From: Paragordius varius
Lineage: Eukaryota > Animalia > Nematomorpha
NCBI GenBank assembly: GCA_964247055.1
Contig: OZ176054.1
Coordinates: forward strand, 5,580,001 to 5,644,000
DNA length: 64,000 nucleotides
Reading direction: 5' to 3'
The translations under genes and the position numbers were made by a program. The notes beneath the pieces were generated by a model. The model made no database searches and was not told the DNA's origin. It saw only the letters and a list, made by a program, of their open reading frames with translations. Shown in pieces: positions 24,375 to 37,506 of the stretch (positions are counted from its first letter, which is position 1; every line of letters begins with the position of its first letter).

Positions 24375-26482
24375 TTTTTATGTTTGCGACAAAAAATATT
24401 TATCTATGGACCATATATGTATATTTTTTTATCGCATATCGATAAATATGATATATAAAGATGTATTCAGCCAGGGAAAATAGTTAATCTATTATGTTAT
24501 GATGATTTCCAAAAAGTCATAGGATATTTTGACACAAGCATGTGAAAATAGATATAGCATCTCCATACCTATCTATCATATAATTTATCGAAAAAATAAA
24601 TACCAAATTTTTTATTTTATGAAAATTCTAACATCACAATAGTGATTGCTGCCTGCTTTCACAGCTTATAGCCGTCTATTGTCATTAATATTAATAATAT
24701 TTTAGATATTGATAAAAGATTTTCAATAAACTTATTGTGTAAGAGATACTTTATATATTTTTTAAATACTTAATCCATTTATATAACATTATTTTTTCCC
24801 AAATCACAAAAAGATATTATAATAAAAAAATGGAAAAAGATTACTTATACATTTTTATCTCTTATATTTTGAAATTAGATTGTTACAATCATGTCGTATA
24901 TTTCATAATATATATTAGATTATACAAATATTTGTGATAATTTTTAGATTCCACAGTTTTTTAATCAATTTTGTATTATACGTCAGTTTTTGTTAATATT
25001 TATATCTCCCCACTAATCCTTTAAATTAACGGGAAAGATTTATATTAAATATATTTATACATAAATATTCAAGTGCCAGAGCTTTACAAATTTTTAAGAT
25101 ATTTTTTAATTAAATACATCCAATATATATAATATATTACGTAAAAAATGGTAATCATAAGCCACTAATTTCAATAAAATAATAAATATTGTAAGGACAA
25201 TATGATGCCACGGATACAACACTATAACAATGTCAAAAAATATAATTAAAATCAAAATATGACCTTAAAAATTTATACAAAAAATGCAGTGTGGTAGGCT
25301 TAGGCAAGACTATGTACAGAAAATACTATAAATAAAGCTAATTACTTCATGGTTATAATTTATGAGGGACCGCTAACTTTTAAATAAAAGGCTTCATAAC
25401 GACCTAAACTAAAAGTTTTTGTTTTCTATAAATTATTGATTAGTGATAGAGATGGAAAGAATGGTTATAATTGACCACCTAAAAATATGAAAAAATAATG
25501 TCATTACCTTTTACCCTAGGTATTTTTTATAAATATCAAGCCATCTATAATTTATTAGGGAAAAAAACTTTTTGTGTTAATCTTTTTGAAAGGATCGAAT
25601 GATTTTATATTTTAGGAGTCTATTAATCAAATTTTTTTAGCGAGATATACTTTCAATGAAAATAGATCTTTCGTCCAATTCAAAACTCTATACATTAATG
25701 TTCAAAAATTGTGATTACTTTATCGCAAAGGGCTGTATTCTAAATGTGTTATTATGTTTTTATCCTTTCGTTGATCTACCATTAAAATCATTATTGTCAT
25801 TAATTGTAAATTAATTGCAATAGGTTGTTTAATATATCCCAAATACATTAGATTTTTATTGCGTATTGAACTTCACTCATCGTTAAGTAAACATTTTAAA
25901 GATTCCTACTTAAAATTTTATAATCTTAAATATGCTTTCTGTTCTGAATAAAAACTAGGATTTTTTTAGAAATATGGACATAAAAGATTAATACCCAATG
26001 TGTATCAGTAAGTGAAACAATTAGGGATGTGGTCATTTTTAAAACAAAAGGGGATAATAACCCTAGTTTGTTATATAAAATTATTAGTGTTTCAATTTTT
26101 TACCATAGTAAATAAAATGATAAAGTTTGGGCGTTTAATACCTAATTTTAATATCGAAATAAATAAAATTCGATCTAGATTTTGGGTGGAATAAGAAAAT
26201 CCTTGTCTATTATATTATTATACGATGCGGAATAAAATATCTCAATTTATTAAAAAAGAAATGTCATATAGTTTGCACTGAACAAGAAGCCACGATGTAC
26301 CATATCTTAATCAGAAAAGATTTTGATTATAAATGATTTTCTGGGTACAAAGAAGGTAAAGTGAATGATGTTAAGATCGCCACAAAAGGTATATGAATTA
26401 AAAAATGATTTATGGATTCCCAAATTTTCTCAAAAAATTTTTAATGACGCATCAGGATTGTTATGGTGCTTTTGATTTTGGG

Positions 26483-29400
26483 TAGGGTGACCAGATTTTT
26501 TGAAGGAAAAAGCGGGACAAATCTGAGAAAGGGGGGAAGTATGGGGGGTACAACCAAAATTTTTTATACAATAATTTATTATAATATTTATTTATTTTTA
26601 ACACAAATACATTATAAAAATAAAAAATTAATTTATTCTTGGTCTCAGGTTATTCGTACCTTATTCAATAAATTTACATGTGCACGAACAAAGCGTGAAG
26701 CGATTGTATACAATGTCCTTTCACCACATGCATTTTCTGAAATAGAAAAAGATTTGCAGAAAATAATTTCATATCGCTATATTCTGATGCCCAACCAAAA
26801 TTATCCCGCTCTCATTCTCTACCCAGTGAAAATTCTGGCATAAATTTTACTTCAATAATGTATTTATAGGAAAAAAATAATTTAAAACACATAATCATCT
26901 CAAAGTGCACTGGGTGGAAATGCAAATAGCGGCACATATTTTTTTTTTAATAATTTAGCGAATAATCTTAATCAAAACATTATTGGCGGATATACAAAGC
27001 TATTCAAACAGCTGCTGATTTGTTACCCCTGGATGTGGAAAATGTAGTTGTTAAAATGCTTGGATATTGTAGAACTCGTTGGTTAGCTCTTTTGTCAGCT
27101 ATCGAAAAAATTTTAAAAATGTATGATCGCCTAGAATCCTATTTTTTATCACAGGACAAATGTCTTAAATTCCAAGTCAAGAAAGGTTAGAAAATAATTT
27201 TATACCATTATTTCATCACAATATAATAAATCATCCAGAAAAACAAGGCTCAATGAATAGCCAGGATATAAAAATGTTTTATGCAAACTGAAAAGATTAT
27301 TTGGAAGACAAGACGGTACAATTCACTGACACTTTTTTCTGAAGTAACAGTAGAATAGAAATGGTTATAAATAATCATTTTTAAACAAACAATATTCCAT
27401 ACAATAATATTTTAAAAATTGAAGAATTTGCATTATCTTTACCTGGAACCACTGCTATTAAACGGGTTTTTCCTCAGTAAATCAAGTATGGACACTGAAA
27501 AAATAAAATTTAAATGTTGAAACTTTAAAAGCCATTTTATGAGTTGAAGACTTATAAAATATCTTAAGTAATTTTTTTATTTTTTAACACAAAAACTATA
27601 TAAATAAAAGAAAATATTTTATTCTTTGGCATATTTTTTTTGAGTGAATGCGTTTTAGCAGATTGTCATCATTTTTTAATATATTGTAGAAGTCTTCACA
27701 AGAATTTATCAAATTATATTTGACAGATAAAATGACCTTTAAAGTTAACATTTAATTTGATATTTCCGATGCCACACCTGATTTACTGTGGGAAAAAAGC
27801 GCTCTGTAGCAGCGTTGGTTCCAGGTAAAGATAAGCAAATTCACAATTTTTAAAATATTATTGTATGGAGCACAGTTTGTTTCAAAATGATGAAATATTT
27901 CTAACCATTTCTTTTCTACAGTATTTTTTTCTGTTGTCCATAATTTATTTTTTATTATTAATATATTTTTTAACTAATGATACTTCAAAAAAAGATCATT
28001 TTCTGAAAGATTACTTTTTGGGAATTTTTGGGAGATGCAGATGTAATCAAATGATTTTTGAACATCGCACCATTTAATTCTGGTTTTAATGTTATCCAAT
28101 GAAAATGGTCAATTTCATTGAATTGCACCGCCCAGTCTTCCAAATAATCTTTAAAATTTGTATTATATGATACAGGATATTTCGGCGATTTATTAAGCAT
28201 TGTTTTTCTAAATTATTTATAATATTGCGGATAGATAATGGTATGAAATTATTTTCTAAGCTTTCTTGACATTGGAATTTTAGGTTACTAACTTCATTGG
28301 CTATGCCGAAATTTTGTCATCTTCAATCAATTTAATAACATTTTAAAAGAGAGAAGCTTGATTATGTAGGAATAACCATATTTTTGAAGAATCACTTTCA
28401 AAAAACTTTTCCAAAGTTGTAGGACTTTTGTTCTGTGATAAAAAATAGAATTTTAAAGGTACATTTTCAAAATGCTTTCGATAGCTGAGAACTAACCAAG
28501 AGTTTTACAATATATAAGCATTTTTTGATAGTAAACTTATGCATTTTCACAGAATTCCTTAAGCTTTTCAACTCGTACCGTGTATAGGAATATATTTTAA
28601 CAACTACATTTTCCACATCTAGGGGCAACAAATCAGGCGTTGTGTATTATAGGCGCTGTACACCCAACGCCAATAATGTTCTGATTGGGATTATCTACTA
28701 AATGAAAAATATTTTTTGTTGCCCTCCTTGCTTTTCCACCAAAGTTCGTATTGGTGTTGTCAGCGCAATATGCGTTGATTTTGTCTTTTAAATTATTTTT
28801 TTCTAGAATATTCATTATTGAGGTAAAAATATGTCATGGGGTAGAGAAATAAAATCTAAAATTTTAATTTTTACTCCGGTTCCTGCAAAATATCTTATTA
28901 AAGTGGGAAATAATTTGTTTCATTGTGATTTGATGCATCAAAGTATAGCGATATGAAATTTTTCAGCAAATCTTTTTGTATTTCAGAAAATGCATGTGGC
29001 GAAATGACATTGTATACAATGGCTTCAGCCTTTGTATGGGCACATATAAATTTTTTATTGAATTACGAATAACCTGTGAGTCCAATCCATAGATCTAAAG
29101 GAATGATTGTGATTAACCGCGTGAAAAGATAAAACGCCTTCGGCTAGTGCCAAATTCTTTTCTTCCTCCCCAAAAGCGTTCGATAAAATTCGCTCATTTT
29201 GAATGATGATGCCGCCATATCTAAACATTTTTTATGTTTCTGTGTTTCCATAAGTTTCGTAATATCATGCTTGCCGCCATGTGCTAGGGTATATTCCCCT
29301 CGCATAAAGAACATTTAATAAATAATTCATTCTTCGTTTTTTGATAAAGGGAAATCCTTTCATTAATTCATCGTTAAATTTACAACCTTTTTTGTACTCA

Positions 29401-30311
29401 TATTTATAAACTAATATTAGTGTGAAAAAATATTATAATACCTTAATTTTCTGGAGTAAACGTATAAGCTACCGATTTGTGGTATTAACACTTGGATACA
29501 ACACATTCATTATAGTCCTACTATTCAAATTGGGGTAGTTAAATACCCCAAGCCTGTTTAAAATCAATTATTTTAAAAAATATGGAAGCGATCGAAACCA
29601 TGGCAAAATTTTGCACTTATATAACATTAGTAAACGGAAATATATAAAATATTTTATTCGAAAATACTTGATATTATTAATTTTAAGCTAAAACCTAAAG
29701 GTAAATATTTCGTTAACGTGACATGTGTGCGATATTAAAATTGAAAAATAATATAAAATAAACCGCTTTTTCTATTTCTATCAATGTTGAATGTAATTTA
29801 TATAAAAAATTAGCTATATGTTTACTCTTAAAATTAAATGAAGACCATATTTTGCAAAAATTTTGTAAAATAAAAATGGCGTCCAAGTAGTTTGACATGG
29901 AACTTTTTTTTCTAAACAAAATAGATATAATCGCAATTTATATAATTTTTATTAGGATAGAAGCATAATAAATTGGGACCGTTTCCTTCTGTAGTTTTAT
30001 AAACATCCTAACTTATATTTAGTCTGGGGTATTTAGATACCCCAATTTGAATCGAAGTGTTAATTTGTCTTTTTGATAATGTTGGCAGTAGAGGAAGCAA
30101 AGTGTATAATAATATTATATAAATTCAAAAAAAATAAATGTTTTTAAAAATAAAAAATTTTAATTTAAAATTGATATAGATTTTAAAGATAAATAATGAT
30201 AAAAAATTTAAATGGATAAAAAAATAATTTTGTATTAAAAAGTTTTTTTATATAATCGTGAAAAAGCGGGACATTTTAAAAACGTAGCGGGACGCGGGAT
30301 GTCTGGCTCTA
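26483..30311. mobile_element. Degenerate Blackjack-like hAT transposon region with transposase fragments on both strands
   Basis: TAGGGTGACCAGA terminus at 26483 and a degenerate opposite end with CGGGAC repeats at ~30260-30311; transposase motifs YCADNTNTNFGG, CTAPIIHNA (28633-28815 -), RTRWLAL (~27075 +), and LPGTxA.ER on both strands (~27440 + and ~27815 -). Confidence 0.78.
29489..30059. mobile_element. piggyBac-like MITE (571 bp), reverse orientation, inserted in the hAT element
   Basis: TTAA at 29485-29488 and 30060-30063; same ends and subterminal repeat as 11389-11970. Confidence 0.87.
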
Positions 30312-30959
30312 ATTTTGGGTCAAAGGAAGTTTTTAGGAATATTGTAATAATTTTCCATAAGAATGTCCCGAAATCAGCGCCACCCTCCTTAAAAGCAATT
30401 TAGGTAAAAGCTCAAAATTGTAAAATAAAAATGTTTATAATAAAATTTTGAAAACATAACGACCCTTCAAATTAAAATTCTAAGATATACACCGGGGGGT
30501 ACAAAAAAATAGCCAATGAAATGGATATATTCTGATAAGAAAATGTTAGTGAAAGAGAAAGTTATTATCACTTTATAATAATTGCTGCATATCAGATATT
30601 GGCAAAATTTGCACACATTTTGTTAAATAAATTATTTTGGTGAAAGCTAAATGTTTTATGCCAAAATATCACTGAAATATATAACTACATATAAAATTTT
30701 TTTTTAAAAAAATTCTATTTTTAGATGTGAGCTCAGAAAGTCCTAAATTTTATCATTCTTCTAAAATGGGCTAGTTCTCTTGATATAAACGCGAAAATGC
30801 CGAGATTGTGCAATTTAAATTTAAAATATATTTTGTGATCAATTAAAAATATTTTTTAAAAAATGCATATTTTTTTCAAAAATTTAATTATCAACGAAAT
30901 TTTGTTGAAGCATATATAGTTCATACTAATTTGAGGCATGCCGTATAAAGACGCTTTGA

Positions 30960-31462
30960 CACTTGGATACAACACATTAATTTCAGTCCTTCGATAATTA
31001 AGGTCTGGGGTACCCCAGGCCTGTTTAAAATAATATAAGTATGGAACAAATTATATCCATTACAAACACTTATATAACATTAATGCACCGAAATAAATAT
31101 AACATTTAATTAATTAAACTTGATATTACTTATTTTATAAATTTTCCTCAAAGTTAAAATTTACTCAATATGACATGTGTGCATGATATATTGGCCACTT
31201 TTCCTCTTTACAATGTTAGATTTGATTTAAAAATTAGCTTTAAATTAGCATTAGAATCAAATAAACACGATATTTTGAAAAATGTTGCAAAGTAAAAATG
31301 GTGTCGAATTTGTTTGATATGAAACTTTTTTTAAAACTAAAGATATTTTGCCTTATTTATATAATTTTATTTGGATAAAAGCATAAATTGAAACCAATAT
31401 TTACAGTATATTTCTTAAAATATCAATTTCAATTTAGTCTAGGGATGCCTCTTATCCATGTG
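30960..31462. mobile_element. Diverged copy of the piggyBac-like MITE
   Basis: CACTTGGATACAACAC start, recognisable internal blocks, degenerate far end GTG|TTAA. Confidence 0.7.
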
Positions 31463-32668
31463 TTAAAATAGTATAAAAGCACTTGATCTTATACAATATG
31501 GCTAGCACTTCTATTACCTCAATTCGTTTTTCTTAAATATATGTTAAGTATGAATTGAGTTTTTTACAAAAATTTATCAAAATTTGAAAGCAAACGAACC
31601 TTTAAAAATTTGGAAGCAATGGAAATGTCAACATCATGATATTATAGTCTTTTAATATAAGGGGTTTCACAGGTTCTGCATCAAAATGATATGATGTTTA
31701 CTTATTTTGCTAAAATTAATCTTTTTTAAAAAATAAATTTTTTATAATTTTTTTTAAAATTAGCACACATTAGATTTTATTGCGCAATCTCAGCATTTTT
31801 GCGTTTAAAAGTAACCCTTCTTAGAAGCTCAAAAAATTTGGAACTTTTGGAACCCATATCTAAAATATATTTTTTTTAAAACTATTGTTTTGATATATAG
31901 CTTTGATATGTATTTAATGATATTTTTTGGAAGGAAGCATTTTGCTATCACCAAAAAAATTTTATATAACAAAGGCGTAAATTTGCCATTTTTTGATATA
32001 AAGAAGTTATTACAAAAGTAATAATAACTTATTTATAATACGCGCAAGGAACAAAACCAAAAGCATTATGATAATCCTTATACATATTCCTATAGAATAT
32101 ACATATTTCAGCAGTAAAATATTTTTAATATTATATACCACAAAACTCGCTTCACCAAAATTTTATCAATCAAATTTATGCGCAAAATTTAATCTTGTTT
32201 GATAACAAAATATATATTTAAATATTTTATCGCGACTCGACCTTTTTTAATTTAAGAGAATTCATTCATTTTGAATGGATCAAAAAATTATAAACTTTCG
32301 TAAACCACATCTGAAAATTAAAATGTTGTAAAAATATTTTACTTTATATATATATAGTTTATGATAACTTGTAATTTTTGAAATTAAGCATTTGCTTTAC
32401 GCATAAAAATTTTATTTAAGCGATATAAGCAAATTTTGTCATTTTTCAATATGAAGTAGCTACTAAATAACTTTCTTAAATTCTCGGGGCTGAAACCACA
32501 AGCACCATGATATAGAATTTCCTAATCGAATATATATTTCATCAGCATATATTTTAGTGGACACTTTCTTAAAATAAAAACATCAATTAGTACAAGGTAA
32601 TATTTGCGAATTTTAAAAATAAATTTAATCCTTTATTTATTTATAATTTTTCATAAACTTTTAAGGGG

Positions 32669-35600
32669 GGGGGGGGGGGGGGGGTGCAAAGTCCGACTCC
32701 CACCTCCGCGTGGTGCACCCTGGTTAATACCAACGGGAGCGGCAAAGGAAAGAAATCATCTGTGTGGGGTGTGGTGGAAAAAATAAACTACCATTATTTT
32801 TTCCTATAAAATACCACAATACCTGCATTCACACAGATGATAAAGCGGGTTTATCTGGCGCTATAACCAGTTGCTAGAAACAACCAATTTGTAATATATG
32901 TAAGCGGGGATGGAACTCCGTAAGCCCAGAAAGGCAATTCCATAGGTCAGGGACACCGAAATAGTCTCTTGATTTGCAAAGGCATGCAAATTGTAAAACA
33001 ATCGCCTTAATCATACCGTATATGAAAATAATGAATGAATTGACAACACTTTTAAACAATGATATATATTTTAAAAATGATAATATTAATATATGTGATA
33101 ATCTTAATTTTGATAATAATATTAATTTACATATAACAATATTAATGCTCTCCTAAAAAACCACAAACATCAAAAAACACCCAACAATATGGTAAAACCA
33201 CTTAAGATCGGCACTTGGAATATCTCGACGCTAGTCGGTAGATCAAACTTAGTTATCGACCAAATAAAAGAGAAAAACATTGACATCTGTTGCCTCCAGG
33301 AAACAAGATATAAATCTGAGGGAAAGCTGAATATAGACAACTATACAATTTTCTACAAAGGTCAAATGAAAGGCCAACATGGAGTGGCTATAGCTATTAA
33401 AAATGAATATTGTGATAATATAATAGAAGTAAACAGACACAACGAAAGAATTATCCAAATAAGTATCGGCTTTAAAAAACAAATTCTTAACATACTTTCC
33501 ATCTATGCTCCCCAGTCTGGATTAAGCGAAGCAACCAAACAAGCCTTTGGAACCAACTATACGACATTTCCCATGCAATACCTCCAAATGACAAAATTTT
33601 TATAGGTGGAGATTTCAATTCCCACGTTGGCACTAATGGTGAAGACTATATGAGAATACATGGAGGAAACGCTTTTGGCAGCCGTAACAAAGAAGGTGAT
33701 ACATTATTAGAACACTGCGCATCTCTTAGACTTACTATCTGCAATACCCTCTTCACGAAACCAGCAAAGAAATTAATAACTTATACAAGTGGTAATCAAA
33801 ATTCTATGGTAGACTACATTTTAACACCCATTCAAGATAGAAAATTCATTAAAGACTCTAAAACATACCTTACTGACACGCAACATAAATTAATTGTAGC
33901 AATAATAACAATAAACAAATCCTATTACCATAGTAACCAGAAACCTAAAATAAACTTAGAAAAATTACACCTTCCTGATCTTAAACTTCAACTCTCAGAA
34001 ACTGTCAATGCATCGCTTAGCCTCAACCACAAAACATCTGAACAAGCTTGGGATAATTTTAAAAACAGCATCATCCCAAATGTGCTTAATTGCTGTGGCA
34101 GAAAGAAAATATACAGGAAAAAACAACAATCAAATTTGTGGTGGTCAGAATCCATAAAACCTTTAATTAAAATTAAACGCAATAACTATAAAAGATGGAA
34201 ACAAACAAAAGATAAAAGAGACTTGGAATCATATATCAAATCAAATAAAAATTTACAACAAGCCATCAATATTTCAGCCAACAAAAAAGCTTTGGATTTA
34301 GCTAAAAAATTAGAACAAGACATGAAAAATCTTAAGATTTTTCGAACAATAAATTCAGTTAACAAGAATAAAAAGGACATTAAACAAATTTCCTATATTA
34401 AAGATAAAGATCAACAACTAGTAACTGAGTGGAGTGACATAAGCAATGTCTGGACAACGTATTACAAAGAACAATTTGCACAAAAACATGATTTTGAAAC
34501 AATAAACCAACCACCAGCAATTGGTCCTCGACCATTGATAACAACAGACGATGTAAGAGAAGCCTTGGCCAAGATGAAAAATAACAAAGCTACAGGCCCA
34601 TCTGAACTCAGCTGTGACATGATCAAAGCTTTACCACAATGCATTATACATTTAACTAACATATTCAATCTAATCTTATCAACGAATCGTATCCCAAATG
34701 ATTGGTCAAAAAGCACCATCATACCCATTTATAAAAACAAAGGAGACATACTCGTTTGCTCCTCCTACAGACCACTAAAGTTATTGGAACACCCGTTAAA
34801 AATTTTTGAATCCATTATTGAATCAAAGCTAAGATCAATCGTTAGTATACAGGAATCACAATATGCCTATACCAAACAGTAGCACAATTGATGCAATCTT
34901 CATTTTGAGAAGATTGCAAGAGAACTATTTAGCGAAAAATAAAAAACTATATCATATTTTTATTGATTTACAAAGGGCCTTTGATTGTATCCCCAGGAAG
35001 TTGATCACATCCACACTACGAGCCAATAATGTAGATGATTGGATAATTAAATCAATAGAAATGATGTACTACAAAACAACAAACTGCGTCAGATTAACAC
35101 TAGGTAACACAGCTTTTGTTCCAAACGAATCTGGTCTTCATCAAGGCTCCATCCTAAGCCCTCTACTCTTCATTTTAATAATGGATTACCTAACAAAAGA
35201 TATAAAACAAGGCCCACCATGGGAACTTATCTATGCGGACGACATTGTCCTCACCGCAACATCAATGGAAGCATTAAATCAAAAGTACAACACATGGAAA
35301 TCACACTTAGAAAAGGGTGGAATGAATATAAATATAAGCAAAACAAAGGTAATGATAACGGGTGAAACTGTATATGAACGACCTAAGTTTCCATGTGGAG
35401 TATGTGATTTAGATGTTAAACTCAATTCAATCTTATGTACATCATGCAATAAGTGGGTACACAAAAAGTGCTCGCTTATAAAAGGGAAACTAATCAATAA
35501 TGACAAATTTATATGTGAATCATGTAAAAATAAAACAATAAATCACTCATCCACTTCCCTAAATTACGTTTATATGGCAGACACCAAAATCGAATTGGTT

Positions 35601-36182
35601 AATAATTTACTTGGGTGATGTCATACATTGCCTAGGTGGAATAAACCAATCAGTTAAATATAGATCCCAACAGGCTTGGGTAAAATATCATCAACTTAAA
35701 TTTGTCCTCAAAAATAAACATATATCAGCAAAAAACAAAGGTTTGATTTACAAAGCCGGCATACGTCCCATACTCCTGTATGGTTGCGAAACGTGGCCGA
35801 TGACAGATTCAATCGAGAAAAAACTAATGAACTTAGAAAAACGGATACTAAATTTATTCCAACCCAATAAGTCAAATTCAAATTTACATCAACTCTACCA
35901 AATTGAACCTTTAAATGTCATGCTCAGAAAAAATAGGCTCGGATATTTCGGACACATCAAACGTGCTCCAGAACAATGGACAAATAAAATTTTATCCCTA
36001 CATCCCGAAGGTAACAATCGCAGGGGCAGACCAACATTCAACTGGGAAAAAACAATAAATAATGATTTAAGTGTTGCCAACATTGATGATAACGCCTGGC
36101 AGGATCGCAAATATTACAGACAGCTTCTATACGGATACAATGGCTAGCCATTACACAAAGACGATACGAGAGGGGATACGAG
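32669..36182 (+). mobile_element. Full-length RTE-clade non-LTR retrotransposon with a perfect 16-bp TSD
   Basis: TSD ATAAACTTTTAAGGGG at 32653-32668 and 36183-36198; APE (IGTWNI, CCLQETR, MVDYIL), RT (HQGSILSP, YADD), PHD-like finger, LGYFGHIKR C-terminus; tail with repeated GATACGAG; ORF split by about 4 frameshifts (33189-36147). Confidence 0.95.
32681..32742 (+). ncRNA. HDV-like self-cleaving ribozyme, minimal form (P4 essentially absent)
   Basis: P1 GGGGUGC (32681-87)/GCACCCU (32715-21) with G1-U wobble; P2 CCG-A-CUCCC/GGGAG-CGG; P3 ACC/GGU; L3 UCCGCGU; GG at 32722-23 for P1.1; U-(UAAU)-A in place of P4; J4/2 A-C-C-A-A-C with the putative catalytic C at 32730. Confidence 0.85.
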
Positions 36183-36572
36183 ATAAACTTTTAAGGGGTC
36201 GCCAACAACCTATATTTGCGTCTAAAGAATGTAAACATAATTTGCCTTAAAATGCTAACAAAAACTTAATTTGGCAGATAGATTTTTAAGTAGAGTTTTT
36301 TATCCTAAAAATTACATTGTGATAAATACGTCTTTACACTCATTTGGCCCAAGTATTGGTGTAAAAAGCTAGCCCAAAATAAAATGAAGTATTATCCAAA
36401 CATAAAATACCGAAATATAGCTCTTTAAAATCCATTATCAGTATATGTTTGTAGATAATACCAGCAATGCATAATTGTTCCCCCAAATACCACTAATAAA
36501 AATATTGATTTTACACCTGTTTTTTCAAAAAATTCACATATGCACTAATTCTTATGCCGTAGTTCACCTCTG

Positions 36573-36903
36573 ATGAAGCTTCGAGTTTGCGGACCAAAAT
36601 ATTCAATTTGTTGCTCCCTATTAAGCATATGGGGAATATTTATGCTGGTATTTTATTTTTTCAATATATGATGTATTGAAATTAATAATTAATTTTATTT
36701 AGGTGTTGCTTGGCATATTTTTTTATGTTGGGAGTGCTACACTGATTGAGGATGTTTCAGTTCCTCATCACGAATGGTCAATCGCTAAAGTGGAAAAAGG
36801 CTATAAACAAAATGCGACTAATTGCTTTATCGCAGCGGCAATTTATTTAATCACATTACTTTTTTCCCTGTTTCAATATTATTTAAATAAAAAAGAAATG
36901 TAA
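36573..36903 (+). CDS. RNASEK: Ribonuclease kappa / V-ATPase subunit f homolog, 2 exons
   Basis: Exon 1 36573-36647 (MKLRVCGPKYSICCSLLSIWGIFML), 55-nt GT-AG intron, exon 2 36703-36903 (LLGIFF..SATLIED..NCFIAAAIY..FQYYLNK). Confidence 0.93.
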
Positions 36904-37029
36904 ATTAACCACCATTACCGATATTTTATGACATTAAATTATAAAAATAAAAGTGATATGTAATTTTGGCTAAATTAAATAGTTAACACCGACCATTTAA
37001 TGATTTACGTATTATTGGTTTGGCCTTTA

Positions 37030-37440
37030 AAATCTTGTTCTATGATTTGAGTCCACTCTCTTTTCGGTTGGTGGCAGGGATCTGTAAATCAAGAATTCTT
37101 TTTGCATATGAGTCTATACTGGATCTGCCTATGTGTCCAAAATACCGAAATCTATTTGTCCTGATAAAAGCTCTTATTGGTTCTAGTTCATTTATGGTAA
37201 AATTCACAATATATTTTAATATTTTGTCTTCCGTTCCAAAAACATTAAACGATTTAATGATTTGTAGAATAATTATTTTACTGGTTTCTCGAGAGTCATT
37301 TTTCCGTTCAAAGTTCCTTATTTAATTCTCTGGGTTTTCAATTGTTCATCGCTAATTTTTTAACATCAACTTCAATGTTCTAAAAACTTAAACTTTTTCT
37401 AGGCTTTTCTTTTCAAGCAAAAATAATGTTTTAGCCTTAA
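37030..37440 (-). mobile_element. Degenerate 3' fragment of an RTE-like LINE
   Basis: Minus-strand translation includes IRTNRFRYFGHIGR..RILDLQIP, resembling the C-terminus of the two larger LINEs. Confidence 0.6.
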
Positions 37441-37506
37441 AATTGAGATATATATATATTACGCCATATAGATTAAAATTTATTACGCTCACTAGTTTAT
37501 TTTCAA

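Noticed and set aside
26240-26395. Plus-strand frame CHIVCTEQ..DYK*FSGYKEGK..|GT with an internal TGA (possible selenoprotein or readthrough exon)
   Set aside because: No recognisable family, no redox motif and no SECIS seen; more likely chance or decayed TE sequence.
36570-36600. CTGATGA hammerhead-like core
   Set aside because: No GAAA after a stem II and no stems I/III; it overlaps the RNASEK start codon.
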